45,941 bases of DNA from a virus. Lineage: Duplodnaviria; Caudoviricetes. The position numbers and the translations under genes are program-made. Position 1 is the stretch's first letter. Each line of letters begins with the position of its first letter. The notes below the pieces were generated by a model, which was given only the letters and a program-made list of their open reading frames with translations, did not search any database and was not told the origin of the DNA. Location: IMG/VR virus record IMGVR_UViG_3300022217_000002, positions 1 through 45,941 of that record, one strand, 5' to 3'. Shown piece after piece: positions 9,205 to 19,012 of this stretch.

Positions 9205-10203
9205 TTATTCCTCTGGTCCATTTGTGAAATCATATTCAACTAGTTCTCTATCCAAACTAGCTTTTCCTATCGACGAATCGGCCTCGAAAGGAGGGAAGTT
9301 GGGATTGAAATAGCCGATGCTGCCACCTGTCGTACTGACAAGTGAAAGCTTGCCATCAACTGTCACTCCGAGGCCGGCAAGGATGTCCGCTCCGTCACCG
9401 ACAATCGCGCCCTCCGCTTTGGCGTAGTATTTTCTTGAAACGATGGGTCCGTCGATGGGGGTCAGGCCCGCGGGAACCCCGCAGGCGTAAATTAAGCAGG
9501 CCCAAGAGGGCCCTATATAACCAACAGAGCAGTCAATAGTCCCAATGATGCAGCCATTCATCGTGCGGGTCTCTACTGGAGAACTATCTTTGGCGTTCGA
9601 GATTGCCTCTTCTCTCGACATACCCGACCCTATATATTTCCGCCATTGGCCTAAATTTTCGCTCCCGAACACGAATCTGTGGGTCATTACGTTAAAAACC
9701 GACACCAGTGAATCAATGATCCACGCACCGATGATGTCGCCTTCCTGGTGGGCGCCGCGTGTCATTACCGGATCGCCAGTCTCTTCGTTCACTTCAAACG
9801 ATCTCGGCCATCCGTAATCATCGTCATCGACGTAAAGCACGTCTCCTGCGCGTTCACATAGCTGCTTGAATGAAGCGTAAGGACCGACCTCATAATAAAA
9901 CTTTCCAGCCGGACTCAAATCGGGATCGCACCACGCCAGATAGTATGAATGCGCATAGTTCTGCAACCCGCCCCAGAACGAGGACGCCTGTAGATTGGTC
10001 CCTTCCGGCAAAACATCGTTTTCGGTACCGTCGCCATCCTGCCATTCCCAAACACCTTCTCCAGTCTCCTCGTCGGTAATGCGCCAAGCATATTTGCGGT
10101 AGTTCCCATGCGTTGCATGACGGCGCTCGGAATAGGCCAGCCGCAGCTCCTCGGCCTTTTCCTGCCAGTTGTCGTCGTTCACTGTAAAAGGCGTGCTCAT
10201 CAT
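9205..10203 (-). CDS. Hypothetical protein, probably virion-associated
   Basis: 332-aa ORF overlapping the upstream stop. Confidence 0.7.
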   Translation of the reverse strand: MMSTPFTVNDDNWQEKAEELRLAYSERRHATHGNYRKYAWRITDEETGEGVWEWQDGDGTENDVLPEGTNLQASSFWGGLQNYAHSYYLAWCDPDLSPAGKFYYEVGPYASFKQLCERAGDVLYVDDDDYGWPRSFEVNEETGDPVMTRGAHQEGDIIGAWIIDSLVSVFNVMTHRFVFGSENLGQWRKYIGSGMSREEAISNAKDSSPVETRTMNGCIIGTIDCSVGYIGPSWACLIYACGVPAGLTPIDGPIVSRKYYAKAEGAIVGDGADILAGLGVTVDGKLSLVSTTGGSIGYFNPNFPPFEADSSIGKASLDRELVEYDFTNGPEE

Positions 10204-10610
10204 TCTTCCGTTGCCGCCACGCTGCGCACGAAATCCCAGCCGTAGACAGGTGTTCCCTCGTCGTCGTCCAGTCGCTGGTAGACCATGCGTTCCTTCTCTG
10301 CGGTGCCCAGGTCTACTTGGGCGACCGCCTCCTCGACAACTTCCCGCTTGATGGACCAGTTGCTTCGTCCCGTTTCCGGGTCAACTTCGATGTCGATATC
10401 GTCGGATTGTATGCCGCCGACAAACCCGCTTACGCGGCTCAGTTGCGTGCCGATCATGTTAAGAACGGTGTAGATCTGACGGAGTTCCGCGCCGCGAAGC
10501 ATTTGCTCGATCAATTTGTCGTCGAGGCCGTGCTCAGACGGGTCGGCCCCTGGTTGTCGCTCGTGCTCTATCGGCGTAAACCGAAAATCAAAACTACCGT
10601 CGGTTCCCAT
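10200..10610 (-). CDS. Hypothetical protein
   Basis: 136-aa ORF tightly packed in the operon. Confidence 0.65.
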   Translation of the reverse strand: MGTDGSFDFRFTPIEHERQPGADPSEHGLDDKLIEQMLRGAELRQIYTVLNMIGTQLSRVSGFVGGIQSDDIDIEVDPETGRSNWSIKREVVEEAVAQVDLGTAEKERMVYQRLDDDEGTPVYGWDFVRSVAATEE

Positions 10611-10611
10611 A

Positions 10612-12255
10612 TTAGTTCCACCATGCGTGGTTGTTCACAACGCTTCTTTTTTCAAATAGTCCGTTGGAAAGACGCCTGACCTCGCCAACGGACGGTGCCG
10701 CCGGCTGGGTCGAAGAATAGGACACCGTGATTACCTGGCCGTCTATTTTCCATTGCTTGGAATAGTAATCCCAGTAACTGGAGACAACGCGGAATTTGTG
10801 ATCGTAGTAGGCAAAAGTTTCCTTGCCGTTCTCATCGACGCCGCTTATCACTTTTTTCTTCCCGTCCACATAGCTGTAAAACGCTCCGTCGTAGCCGTTT
10901 TCCCTAAACTGCTGCGCGTTGCGGTACTCTATATGCGACGGCGGAACGACGATCTCCGAATAATAGATGTCCCAATAACCGTCTTCGCCCGATTTCGACG
11001 AGCGCACATTCTCTATCAGCGGCAAGGCCGTGAGCGAGGCGACCTCACTCGCAAGATTGGCTTCTTTAACGTAGAGAATCACCTTGAGACTGGTCTTGAA
11101 CAGCCCCCCCGAGCCGCCGAGGGTCAATCCCATCCCCGTGGTTTTCAGCGTCCGGATCCGGACATAGACATCGAACACGTCGTCCCATCTCGTTTTCCTG
11201 AGATCGCTTGAAACGAGCACGGCTGAGCCAAGCGCGGTGTTTATGAGTGCGGAAACGCCTGATGCCGCGACATTGGGGTAAAGGGTCTCCAGCTCGATAT
11301 AATAGGCCGTCTCTTTTCTTCCCGACGGGATGCTGTCTCCGCCGGTGTTTACTGCAACAAGCGTGATATAGACATCGAACACGCCCTCCAAGTCCGTTTT
11401 TTGCGCATCGACATCCACCACCGCGTAGCTGCCAAGTGCAGCCAACGACGCGACCAGGCTGTCAACATGGGCCTCGGGTATGCGCTCGTAAAGCCGCCGG
11501 GTCTCCGTCGTCCGATCCGTTTTGCGCGAGCCCACCAATACGTAGGTGTGCGCTTCGTTGAGAATGTGCAGGGTCTGGTAGATCGTCCAAGTGCCCTTGT
11601 CGTCTTTCTCGGTCCAGACCTTGCCGCCTCTGTACGTGCCACCTCGTATTTTGTTATCCGCCTGCGGATCCACGACCGTGCCGTAGACTCCGGTACTGGG
11701 ATACACTTCTTCCGCCGCAACGCTTCCGCTTGTCGTGTAGTAAGGTCCCGTGTCGTCGGTTTGGAACCAGTCCTCCATAATGCGGCCATCGACCAGATTA
11801 ACATAGATTTTACCCGCCGCCGTCCAAACGGCTTCATCTATGTCTACGGGGGCATCGACTTGCGAGTTTGAAGCGTAAAGGACTTCATCCCACTCATTAC
11901 TAATCTGCCAGTAGTAATCGCCTCCGTCTTCGACTACCTTTAGAATGAAATCGTTGTTTGGCGTCTTCCGAACGGGATAACCCGCACTCGTTTCATGCAC
12001 ATCGAAATATTCGCCGCTCACATCATACGGCGAAGGCGATCCGGATACCTCCACCACTTCCTTGTTGTCGCTCGAAAGTACTGTTTTCAAGAATTCGCGG
12101 CAGTTGTCTTGGACCGTTTCCGGAATCCCCTCCCAATATCGAACCAACACGCCGTTTAAAGCCGAAACAACCTCGTCTTCAACGCGAGCCAATTTGGCTT
12201 TTTCTTCGGCTAATATTTCGCGGCACGCCGCCTCTTCTTGAAGGGTCATTGACAT
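10612..12255 (-). CDS. Hypothetical protein, probably tail-associated, with internal repeats
   Basis: 547 aa; three similar units ending GVFDVYI, DVFDVYV and GYWDIYY. Confidence 0.7.
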   Translation of the reverse strand: MSMTLQEEAACREILAEEKAKLARVEDEVVSALNGVLVRYWEGIPETVQDNCREFLKTVLSSDNKEVVEVSGSPSPYDVSGEYFDVHETSAGYPVRKTPNNDFILKVVEDGGDYYWQISNEWDEVLYASNSQVDAPVDIDEAVWTAAGKIYVNLVDGRIMEDWFQTDDTGPYYTTSGSVAAEEVYPSTGVYGTVVDPQADNKIRGGTYRGGKVWTEKDDKGTWTIYQTLHILNEAHTYVLVGSRKTDRTTETRRLYERIPEAHVDSLVASLAALGSYAVVDVDAQKTDLEGVFDVYITLVAVNTGGDSIPSGRKETAYYIELETLYPNVAASGVSALINTALGSAVLVSSDLRKTRWDDVFDVYVRIRTLKTTGMGLTLGGSGGLFKTSLKVILYVKEANLASEVASLTALPLIENVRSSKSGEDGYWDIYYSEIVVPPSHIEYRNAQQFRENGYDGAFYSYVDGKKKVISGVDENGKETFAYYDHKFRVVSSYWDYYSKQWKIDGQVITVSYSSTQPAAPSVGEVRRLSNGLFEKRSVVNNHAWWN

Positions 12256-12260
12256 TGTAT

Positions 12261-13664
12261 CTACGGCCTCCGCAACCCCTGAACTCCATATTGCCCATTG
12301 AGCTCCAAGTCGTATATGCGTGAAATTTCGTTAGAACCAAGGGAGCGATTGTAGAGATAGACGTTATCCACGCTTGCGGGGTCGAGCTCCCCACCATCAT
12401 AGGCACCGATGTAAACCAACCCGGTGTAATCAAAGTCCGAAGACACGTTGGTTGTGTAGATCCGGGACCCGTTATAATAAGCGAAGATATCTGCGCCATC
12501 CATAACAAGGCCGACGTGCATCCAGTTGGTTTGCGCCGACTCCGCCACTGAATGGGCGTGCTCTGCCGTTACTTGAGCAGCGCCATCCCAGGTGTCTACC
12601 GTATAGGTCAACTCCTCGGTGCTGGTATCGAGATATAGAACGACTTCATCTTCACTGTCGATAAGTCGGAAAAACCATACTCCGCCGCCTGCTCCGGTAA
12701 GATTGTTCGCCTTAAACCACGTTGAGATGCTCCAGTTTGTAAGCGTGCTAACCGATGGAGAGGTAATGCCGGCGTAATTGCCGTTCGAGTAGGTCAGATA
12801 GTTGCCCCGCACGTCATTGAAGCCGATATAGGCCGCACCGTTGTTGGTTGAGACGTGCCCGCCCCACCAGTCATTGGTCATATATCCGTCAAACGGGAAC
12901 GCAATTATTAGTTCAGATGGATTAACGGGATAATATACGGACCCTCCGCCGCCACCTCCTGATTGGGCCGCCCAAGATATCCCTCCCGCCCCATCAGCCG
13001 TTGGAACATGCCCGGATGTCGCCGACCCAGAAACAAGGTTGGTAACGTCGCTCGCCGCGACAACTGCCTGTGAAATATTGGTTACGGCCTGCGCGGACAG
13101 CATTTCGTTTGTGGCTCCCGCTATCGCAGTCTCATATGCAGTCGTTAGGCCGTTGGAAACAGTTGTATCCGAAGCCGTGTACGCAGTTGTTATCCCATTC
13201 GAGGCGGAAGTGTCTGCCGAAGTGAATTCAAGAACCAAGCCGTTCGAGACAGCGGTGTCGGCCAGCGTATAGGCTGTTGTTACGCCGTTCGAGACGGCGG
13301 TGTCTGCCGAAGTGAACTCAAGAACCAAGCCGTTCGAGACGGCGGTGTCGGCCAGCGTGTAGGCCGTTGTCATGCCGTTCGAGACGGAAGTGTCGGCCAG
13401 CGTGTAGGCGATTGTGTAGGCCACTGCCAAGGTGTTACTCAAGACGGCGTCGGCAACTACGAAAGCGTTGCTGGTGGAAGAGTTGTTGGCCGCATTCGCT
13501 ACGGTGTTCCAAGTATTCGTGTTGGTCTGTAGCGTATTTTCATTGATGTTCGTGCGGTAATACCCCCATGGAGCCCCATTTGTGATGGTTACCAAATCAG
13601 CGAACGCCAAAACGGGAAGCAGGGCCAGGCAGCCCGCCAGTAATCCAATTCTATTTGTTTTCAT
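12261..13664 (-). CDS. Signal-peptide protein with repeat stalk and C-terminal LamG/concanavalin-like domain (fibre/adhesin-like)
   Basis: Signal peptide ending AFA; repeats TAYTLADTAVSNG; LamG motifs WSISTWFK, WMHVGLV, YYNG and DNVYLYNRSL. Confidence 0.8.
   Translation of the reverse strand: MKTNRIGLLAGCLALLPVLAFADLVTITNGAPWGYYRTNINENTLQTNTNTWNTVANAANNSSTSNAFVVADAVLSNTLAVAYTIAYTLADTSVSNGMTTAYTLADTAVSNGLVLEFTSADTAVSNGVTTAYTLADTAVSNGLVLEFTSADTSASNGITTAYTASDTTVSNGLTTAYETAIAGATNEMLSAQAVTNISQAVVAASDVTNLVSGSATSGHVPTADGAGGISWAAQSGGGGGGSVYYPVNPSELIIAFPFDGYMTNDWWGGHVSTNNGAAYIGFNDVRGNYLTYSNGNYAGITSPSVSTLTNWSISTWFKANNLTGAGGGVWFFRLIDSEDEVVLYLDTSTEELTYTVDTWDGAAQVTAEHAHSVAESAQTNWMHVGLVMDGADIFAYYNGSRIYTTNVSSDFDYTGLVYIGAYDGGELDPASVDNVYLYNRSLGSNEISRIYDLELNGQYGVQGLRRP
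13210..13389. repeat. Two tandem 90-bp coding repeats made of 45-bp subunits
   Basis: Near-identical copies start at 13210 and 13300; degenerate units flank both sides. Confidence 0.85.
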
Positions 13665-13676
13665 GGTTCTCCTTGC

Positions 13677-14288
13677 TTACTGTGAATACGCATCGGCGGT
13701 ATCGGTGGGCTTGTGTCGATGCGCGGCGCAAACCGCCTTCATGGCATGTTCAAAATCGTAGGGTGTGATGAGGTCGGGAATGCTTTTGCCAACCAACTTG
13801 CAGACATCGACCTCGGGATCGAAAATGATTGTGGCGGACTCGCTACACGGCGGGGCGTTTGGAGTCGGCTTCATTGGCAGGAACGGCAAGTACTTTCTTA
13901 TCCCCATTCTCGGAAGTTGCTTGATTGGATAGACCCACACGAAAAGCATGTCTTCACAACGCGAGTGTTTGCGGCGTGCCGCCTCGCCGCTGATCAAGTA
14001 GGCCGGAATATCGTACATCGTGAATCGCCGCTTCTTCGGTTTTCGCGCCACCCACGCCTCCACCTTTTCCACGGGAATCGGTCCCAGCCAGCACTTGCCC
14101 TCGCGAGATTCGTAGATTTCGCGATGGCCATCGGCATAGATGAAGCCCACGCTTGAATGCGTACTCACGTCCATGGGTTTGAACCAGCGCCAAAACCACG
14201 TCGTAAAAACCATGATTACAGCGGCAACGAAACCTTCGGCGCGATGGCAGCCCCCGAACATTCCAATGATGGGTCCGTGGTGGTTCAC
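13677..14288 (-). CDS. Permuted papain-like (NlpC/P60, YiiX-type) hydrolase candidate
   Basis: His motif THSSV and IYES precede Cys motif CSE and ITP; GTG start overlaps the upstream TGA. Confidence 0.55.
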   Translation of the reverse strand: MNHHGPIIGMFGGCHRAEGFVAAVIMVFTTWFWRWFKPMDVSTHSSVGFIYADGHREIYESREGKCWLGPIPVEKVEAWVARKPKKRRFTMYDIPAYLISGEAARRKHSRCEDMLFVWVYPIKQLPRMGIRKYLPFLPMKPTPNAPPCSESATIIFDPEVDVCKLVGKSIPDLITPYDFEHAMKAVCAAHRHKPTDTADAYSQ

Positions 14289-14428
14289 GCCAGCAGCCTC
14301 CCCGCGACATAGCAAAGCAAGGCCCCGATGCCCGACAGAATGTACGCAGTCGGCGGGGACGAACAGAAGTGCGAACCCAGCACGCACGCCGCTCCCACAA
14401 ACGCAAGGACTATGGATTCAAAAAGCAC
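14285..14428 (-). CDS. 47-aa two-TM protein, holin candidate (not in ORF track)
   Basis: Hand-translated MLFESIVLAFVGAACVLGSHFCSSPPTAYILSGIGALLCYVAGRLLA; GGGGAG upstream; fills the gap between neighbours. Confidence 0.55.
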   Translation of the reverse strand: MLFESIVLAFVGAACVLGSHFCSSPPTAYILSGIGALLCYVAGRLLA

Positions 14429-14432
14429 GGCA

Positions 14433-14861
14433 CTACTCCCCTTGCCTGTAGACCGCCAGCGCATCCCTCACGCCCCGGAAAAACTCGTTCAAGACCTCTG
14501 GTTTTGGCAGGTCGGGATTGGCCCCGATCTGGTTGGTTATACGGGCAAGTACGGCCTTGTAGATGTTGAAGATCGCCTGCCGGGCTTCGGGTGTGGAGTC
14601 TGCGTATAGGCGGTCGATTTCGGCCCGCACGACTTCGTCCGGCAGGCCCTCGGTGCCCAATCCGATCTCTGCTGCGGCATAGACCTGGTCTATAACGAAC
14701 CCCACCTCTTCGGGTTGAAAGGGTTCGGTTATGGTGTCGAGGAGCACGAAGTCGTATCCCGCTTGGTACGGTGCACCCAGCCCGTCGTTGCCGTGGAACA
14801 AAGCGCAGCCAGCCGACAACAGCATGACCGCAGTGATTGTGATGTGTGCGATTGTCTTCAT
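14433..14861 (-). CDS. Lipoprotein
   Basis: MKTIAHITITAVMLLSAG-C lipobox; GGAGG SD. Confidence 0.75.
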   Translation of the reverse strand: MKTIAHITITAVMLLSAGCALFHGNDGLGAPYQAGYDFVLLDTITEPFQPEEVGFVIDQVYAAAEIGLGTEGLPDEVVRAEIDRLYADSTPEARQAIFNIYKAVLARITNQIGANPDLPKPEVLNEFFRGVRDALAVYRQGE

Positions 14862-14871
14862 CGTTCCTCCC

Positions 14872-15174
14872 TTATCGTCTGTTTTCCCTAACAACTGTCA
14901 TCACGTCTTTGCGCAGCCCCACTATCTGGTCGCGCATATCGCGCATCACCGCGTTTATGGCGTCGGTTTTTGCAGACAAAACCCTCACGTCGCCTTCGAC
15001 TACAGGAACGCGTTTCGCGAGGTCCGCAACGGTGCGGTGATCCGACGCAACGGTGTTTTTGGTCACCCCCACCGCAATAAACGCCGTGCCGGCGCAACCC
15101 AGGGCCAGAATCACCGAACAGACCACGGCCACAATGCTTCCGCTCCGATTTCCCGTCTCCGTTTTCCGCTTCAT
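14872..15174 (-). CDS. Single-TM coiled-coil protein (holin- or spanin-like)
   Basis: N-terminal TM segment followed by a heptad-like C-terminus. Confidence 0.6.
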   Translation of the reverse strand: MKRKTETGNRSGSIVAVVCSVILALGCAGTAFIAVGVTKNTVASDHRTVADLAKRVPVVEGDVRVLSAKTDAINAVMRDMRDQIVGLRKDVMTVVRENRR

Positions 15175-15196
15175 AAGTGCTCCAATGTTTTGATGG

Positions 15197-15565
15197 CTAG
15201 GGAAGCGGCGATGTATAATCCGCCGTTGTTATCAGTTCCTTGTATTCCTCAGCCGTCAGCCACGACGACAGGGGAACGCCGAGGTCGGTCAGGACCGACT
15301 CCCAAAGGGCCAAGTCTTCCTCCGTCACGGGCTTGTCCCTCGACTGGTTCTTCTCGGAGGCGGCAAGCAAGGCGGCACACTTTGTTCCGTCGAGCGACTC
15401 TCGCCAGTAAAGCAGGAATTCCCGCGCTATTTTTTGGCTGCCGTCGTCCCGCTGGCTCCACTTGATCCCATCCGGAACAACGGTATCCAGCATCGAGATC
15501 GGAACTTCCGCAAATGCGTAATAAGACCCGAGTTTCGGTACATAGAATTTGTCATACGCACCCAT
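15197..15565 (-). CDS. Hypothetical protein
   Basis: ATG overlaps the upstream stop (TGATG). Confidence 0.65.
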   Translation of the reverse strand: MGAYDKFYVPKLGSYYAFAEVPISMLDTVVPDGIKWSQRDDGSQKIAREFLLYWRESLDGTKCAALLAASEKNQSRDKPVTEEDLALWESVLTDLGVPLSSWLTAEEYKELITTADYTSPLP

Positions 15566-17061
15566 CACATGTTCTCCAGATAGGTGTTCAGATGCGCAAG
15601 CATCCCTCCCGTCAAGACCGGGCGATACCACAACAACTCAAGCATGTTTCCGTTTGCGTCGTAGATCGTGCGGATCAAATCCGAATCCCCGTTGTTGGCC
15701 GCCAGATAGGTATATGCTCTTCCGTCGGGTCCATCCCATTCCGGATAAGAGTAAGGATTTTGTTTGAACTCGACCGTGGCTATATCGGTTTCTGTTTCGT
15801 GCTCATACTCCCCGGTCGGATCATTATGGCCGTTGGAGTCCCAATCTACCCACACGAGAACGGGAGGTTCGCCGTCCTCGAATCCCTGCCACAAGTCAGT
15901 TTCCTCAACCTCGTTGTATTCGTAACTCAACGTGAATTCGCTTACCGCCTCCCATAGAACGGCTGTTACTTGGTCATAGTCTCCATTCCAAGATGTATAT
16001 CCTTCAGCATAAAACTCGACAACCGTAGAGGAATACGTCTTCTCCTCACCGACGTACAGCTTGTCCGAGGAGCCGTTGTGTAAAAACCCGCCGTCGTTGG
16101 TGAGGTCCCCGCCGCCTACGGGACCAGAGCCGTCGGCTAGGCTTGGAATCTGAACACCACCGCTTAACTTGTAACCCTTCCGGATATTCCAAGGATCCCC
16201 TTCGAGATGGTTATCCCAGCGCACCTCCACTCCGACAGACTGATAGAGCGTGGCTGTCAACCCGGAACCCGCAACGCAATAGAGTGTCGTTCCGGCACCT
16301 TCGGAAAAGTGTGTCTCGAACACGTCGGAACCCGACTGCACCTTAAGGTGCAACATGGTATGGGGAGTATAATAATTTTTTGAGCCGCCGTGTCTGCCTG
16401 CACCAACAAGCAACGTGAAACCAGATGCCTCTATGTTGGCCGGAATACCGGATGCGTCGCCACCCTCGGTCAGCGAGGTAATCTCCACGCCATCCACATA
16501 CAACTGGACGTTGGTTCCGGACTTGCTAAAACTAATCTCGCGCACTCCGGCGGAAACGGGTGTTGTGGGCTTGATCCATCGGTACTTGCCCGGATCGTCT
16601 GCATCGTACATCCACAATTTGATTTCGCCGATGTCCTGCATAAGGGCCCAGCCGCCGGCGGCATTCAGATCGGCCTTGCCGACCAAAGTCCGGTAGGCAG
16701 CGGTCGATTCCAACACCTCCCCGGTCCACTCGACTACTAGGTTGTTCGTCCCGGGCTCAAAGGAATTGGTGGTGCCCCCGACTTCCTCGTACTCGCAGAT
16801 CCCATTGTGCCCAAGCGACTGGGCGAGATAATATACGGGCGTGCCCCCCGCCTTTCGGCTCATCTCTCCATCGGAATACTCCGTTAGGGATCCGCGACCG
16901 ACCAGCCACTGTGTCAATCCGCTCTGCGGGGGATAAAGCACTGCGCCGCCGCCCGAAACACCGTTGAAGATGCCGATATCGTCGGCATCGCCAAGCATCG
17001 CCGGCGCTGAAATGCAGAGCATCCAATACACGGCGACGGACATTGTGGATCGCAGCTTCAT
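15565..17061 (-). CDS. Signal-peptide-bearing LamG-like protein
   Basis: Hydrophobic N-terminus; LVGK...GGWAL, VQLYVDGVE, LLVGA and FSEGAGTTLY motifs. Confidence 0.7.
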   Translation of the reverse strand: MKLRSTMSVAVYWMLCISAPAMLGDADDIGIFNGVSGGGAVLYPPQSGLTQWLVGRGSLTEYSDGEMSRKAGGTPVYYLAQSLGHNGICEYEEVGGTTNSFEPGTNNLVVEWTGEVLESTAAYRTLVGKADLNAAGGWALMQDIGEIKLWMYDADDPGKYRWIKPTTPVSAGVREISFSKSGTNVQLYVDGVEITSLTEGGDASGIPANIEASGFTLLVGAGRHGGSKNYYTPHTMLHLKVQSGSDVFETHFSEGAGTTLYCVAGSGLTATLYQSVGVEVRWDNHLEGDPWNIRKGYKLSGGVQIPSLADGSGPVGGGDLTNDGGFLHNGSSDKLYVGEEKTYSSTVVEFYAEGYTSWNGDYDQVTAVLWEAVSEFTLSYEYNEVEETDLWQGFEDGEPPVLVWVDWDSNGHNDPTGEYEHETETDIATVEFKQNPYSYPEWDGPDGRAYTYLAANNGDSDLIRTIYDANGNMLELLWYRPVLTGGMLAHLNTYLENM

Positions 17062-17063
17062 GG

Positions 17064-17582
17064 CTAGTAGTCCAACTCAACATTGACGGTCGCTGTTCCG
17101 TTTGAGACAACGCCCCGGACCTCGTTTTGATAGTCGGGGAACGAACGAGCGGGTCGAACGGTATCCAGAATAGATGCCGACGATGTCGGCGTTTTCCCGC
17201 CCTTTGCATAGTAGACCGTTGTTCCCAGATCAGCGAAGATGATTGCGTTCTCGCGCTGCTTTTCCTGATATCGCTTGTGCAGTTTAAGCCACTCAACCGC
17301 GTCGTTTGTCGTGTTGATTCCGTCGGTGTGCGTAGGCATGTTGGTTGATGTTCCGGGCGAAACCGCAAAGTATACGTATTCCGGGCTGTTGGTGTTCATC
17401 ACGTAATCGCCTTGGGCGACAACGAGCTCATTGCTCCATGTGGTTGTACTGGAAGGCTCGGTATCGGGAACCAACACAACCGCATTGATGCCGACGGATA
17501 CGCTGTAGTTCACCGTTCCGGCAAACGCCGCAATTTCGTGGCTTCCGAGTGCTGCAATTAATATAAGGCATCTTACTTTCAT
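17064..17582 (-). CDS. Putative signal-peptide protein with short carbohydrate-binding-like module
   Basis: N-terminus ending AFA; WSNELVVAQGDYV...YFAVSPGTSTNMPTHTDG...VEW. Confidence 0.65.
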   Translation of the reverse strand: MKVRCLILIAALGSHEIAAFAGTVNYSVSVGINAVVLVPDTEPSSTTTWSNELVVAQGDYVMNTNSPEYVYFAVSPGTSTNMPTHTDGINTTNDAVEWLKLHKRYQEKQRENAIIFADLGTTVYYAKGGKTPTSSASILDTVRPARSFPDYQNEVRGVVSNGTATVNVELDY

Positions 17583-17583
17583 T

Positions 17584-18294
17584 CTAGAACTCTCCCGTTT
17601 CCGCGAACATGCCCTCTTCGGGCGTGATCCGGTACTCCTTCGCTTCCTGCTCGCGGATGTCCCTTATCAATCCATTGAGTCCGTGTATCCAATCGCCGGT
17701 GCCTTCCCCACCCTTCCACTTTTTCAGTTCATTGGATATGAAGGCGACCAGCGGCGCATATGCGCGGTCGATCTTCCACGTCAGCACGCGATAGTCGTAG
17801 GGCGTGGCGGAAGGATTTCCTTCGTCGTAGGAGCTGTTTACTTCGGCTTGTACGAAGCGCCGGAATGCCAGAACCTTGTAGGTCGTGACTCCATCATCTA
17901 CGCATACCCTTATGCGACGGTTTCCGTTGTCGTCGTGGCTGAGATGGTCGAACCTGCCGGAACCAATCGAATCCCCGTTGATCGCCGACCGGATGGCGTC
18001 TTCGTTCCAGACAATCCCCTGGCTGTCGCCGTCGCTTGCAACGGCGCTGACCGCCCTTACCATATCGACATCAGAATTATCGCCGTCGAATACGATGATG
18101 CCGTTGGCGTCGGGCGTGGCGCTGATCTCATCGACCTTGCGATCATGCCAGGGCCACCTACGCCAAATAAACGGTTCGCTCTGATTGTAAAAATAGACGG
18201 CCTGCTGGATGTAATCGGGGGGAATGTTTTCGTACACCTTAAAGGCATCGCCTATTGCGGCCTTGATGATCTGCTCTACGGTATTATATGCCAT
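17584..18294 (-). CDS. Head-tail adaptor / tail tubular protein candidate
   Basis: Size, position downstream of the MCP, TVEQII start and WRRWPW motif. Confidence 0.55.
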   Translation of the reverse strand: MAYNTVEQIIKAAIGDAFKVYENIPPDYIQQAVYFYNQSEPFIWRRWPWHDRKVDEISATPDANGIIVFDGDNSDVDMVRAVSAVASDGDSQGIVWNEDAIRSAINGDSIGSGRFDHLSHDDNGNRRIRVCVDDGVTTYKVLAFRRFVQAEVNSSYDEGNPSATPYDYRVLTWKIDRAYAPLVAFISNELKKWKGGEGTGDWIHGLNGLIRDIREQEAKEYRITPEEGMFAETGEF

Positions 18295-18350
18295 GGCCCT
18301 GCAAAGCGGTTATAGGAAGGGGGCAAAGCCCCCTCCCTGGCTATGTGTTC

Positions 18351-18923
18351 CTATTTGCGAGCAGCGCGGCCCGATACCATCGTCGCCCCGGCAGCAGCCG
18401 GTACGTCAATTGCGGCGGGTGCGTCCCTGAATCCCTTGAACAAGAAGGGAATCGGCGTATTGCCCCATGTGGTTCGGACCGCGACAGAGACGGCGTCTCC
18501 TGCGTCGGCCACGTAGACGGGCTCGCCTAGTTCCACGGTCGCGGCGCTTGTTACCGTAACGGTGGTCGAACTCGCGCTCGCCGGACCCAGTGCGTGGATA
18601 TCCCGCAGCTGATCGCCGATGATTACGTAGTCGCTGGTGGTGACGGTAACGCCGTCGATCGTGTTGGTGCCGACCGTCGCCACGACAATGTTGGTTCCGG
18701 TCGATGCCACGGATGCCCCGGCGCTGGCCTTGCCGCGATGGATGGTAGCCGTCGCGTTGGTCTCGATACTAATGAGCACGTCCTGCGCACTGATGGTACC
18801 GCTGCCCTTGGTAATGACCACATCCGCCCCATAGGTTCCCGAGCCGAAGAACATGGTGTCTGCGGCACCGGCAATGCCGGCGGTCGCGATAAGCGCCATG
18901 ATCAAGCTAGTCGTTTTTTTCAT
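18351..18923 (-). CDS. Signal-peptide protein directly downstream of major capsid gene
   Basis: MKKTTSLIMALIATAGIAGA-ADT; Thr/Val/Ala-rich beta-type mature part. Confidence 0.75.
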   Translation of the reverse strand: MKKTTSLIMALIATAGIAGAADTMFFGSGTYGADVVITKGSGTISAQDVLISIETNATATIHRGKASAGASVASTGTNIVVATVGTNTIDGVTVTTSDYVIIGDQLRDIHALGPASASSTTVTVTSAATVELGEPVYVADAGDAVSVAVRTTWGNTPIPFLFKGFRDAPAAIDVPAAAGATMVSGRAARK

Positions 18924-19012
18924 TATTCATTCCTTGGTTTTGATTTTTAGAGTCGGGTTTCGGTTTTAATGAAGGGCGGGATTGCTCCCGCACCTCCATG
19001 CAACCGCCTCAA

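Noticed and set aside
13210-13389. DGR template/variable repeat pair
   Set aside because: Adjacent in-frame coding repeats with mostly synonymous differences, and no reverse transcriptase in the genome.
13954-14406. Track ORFs 13954-14406 and the 14387 start for the hydrolase
   Set aside because: A better-coupled arrangement exists: a 47-aa TM ORF at 14285-14428 followed by a GTG start at 14288.
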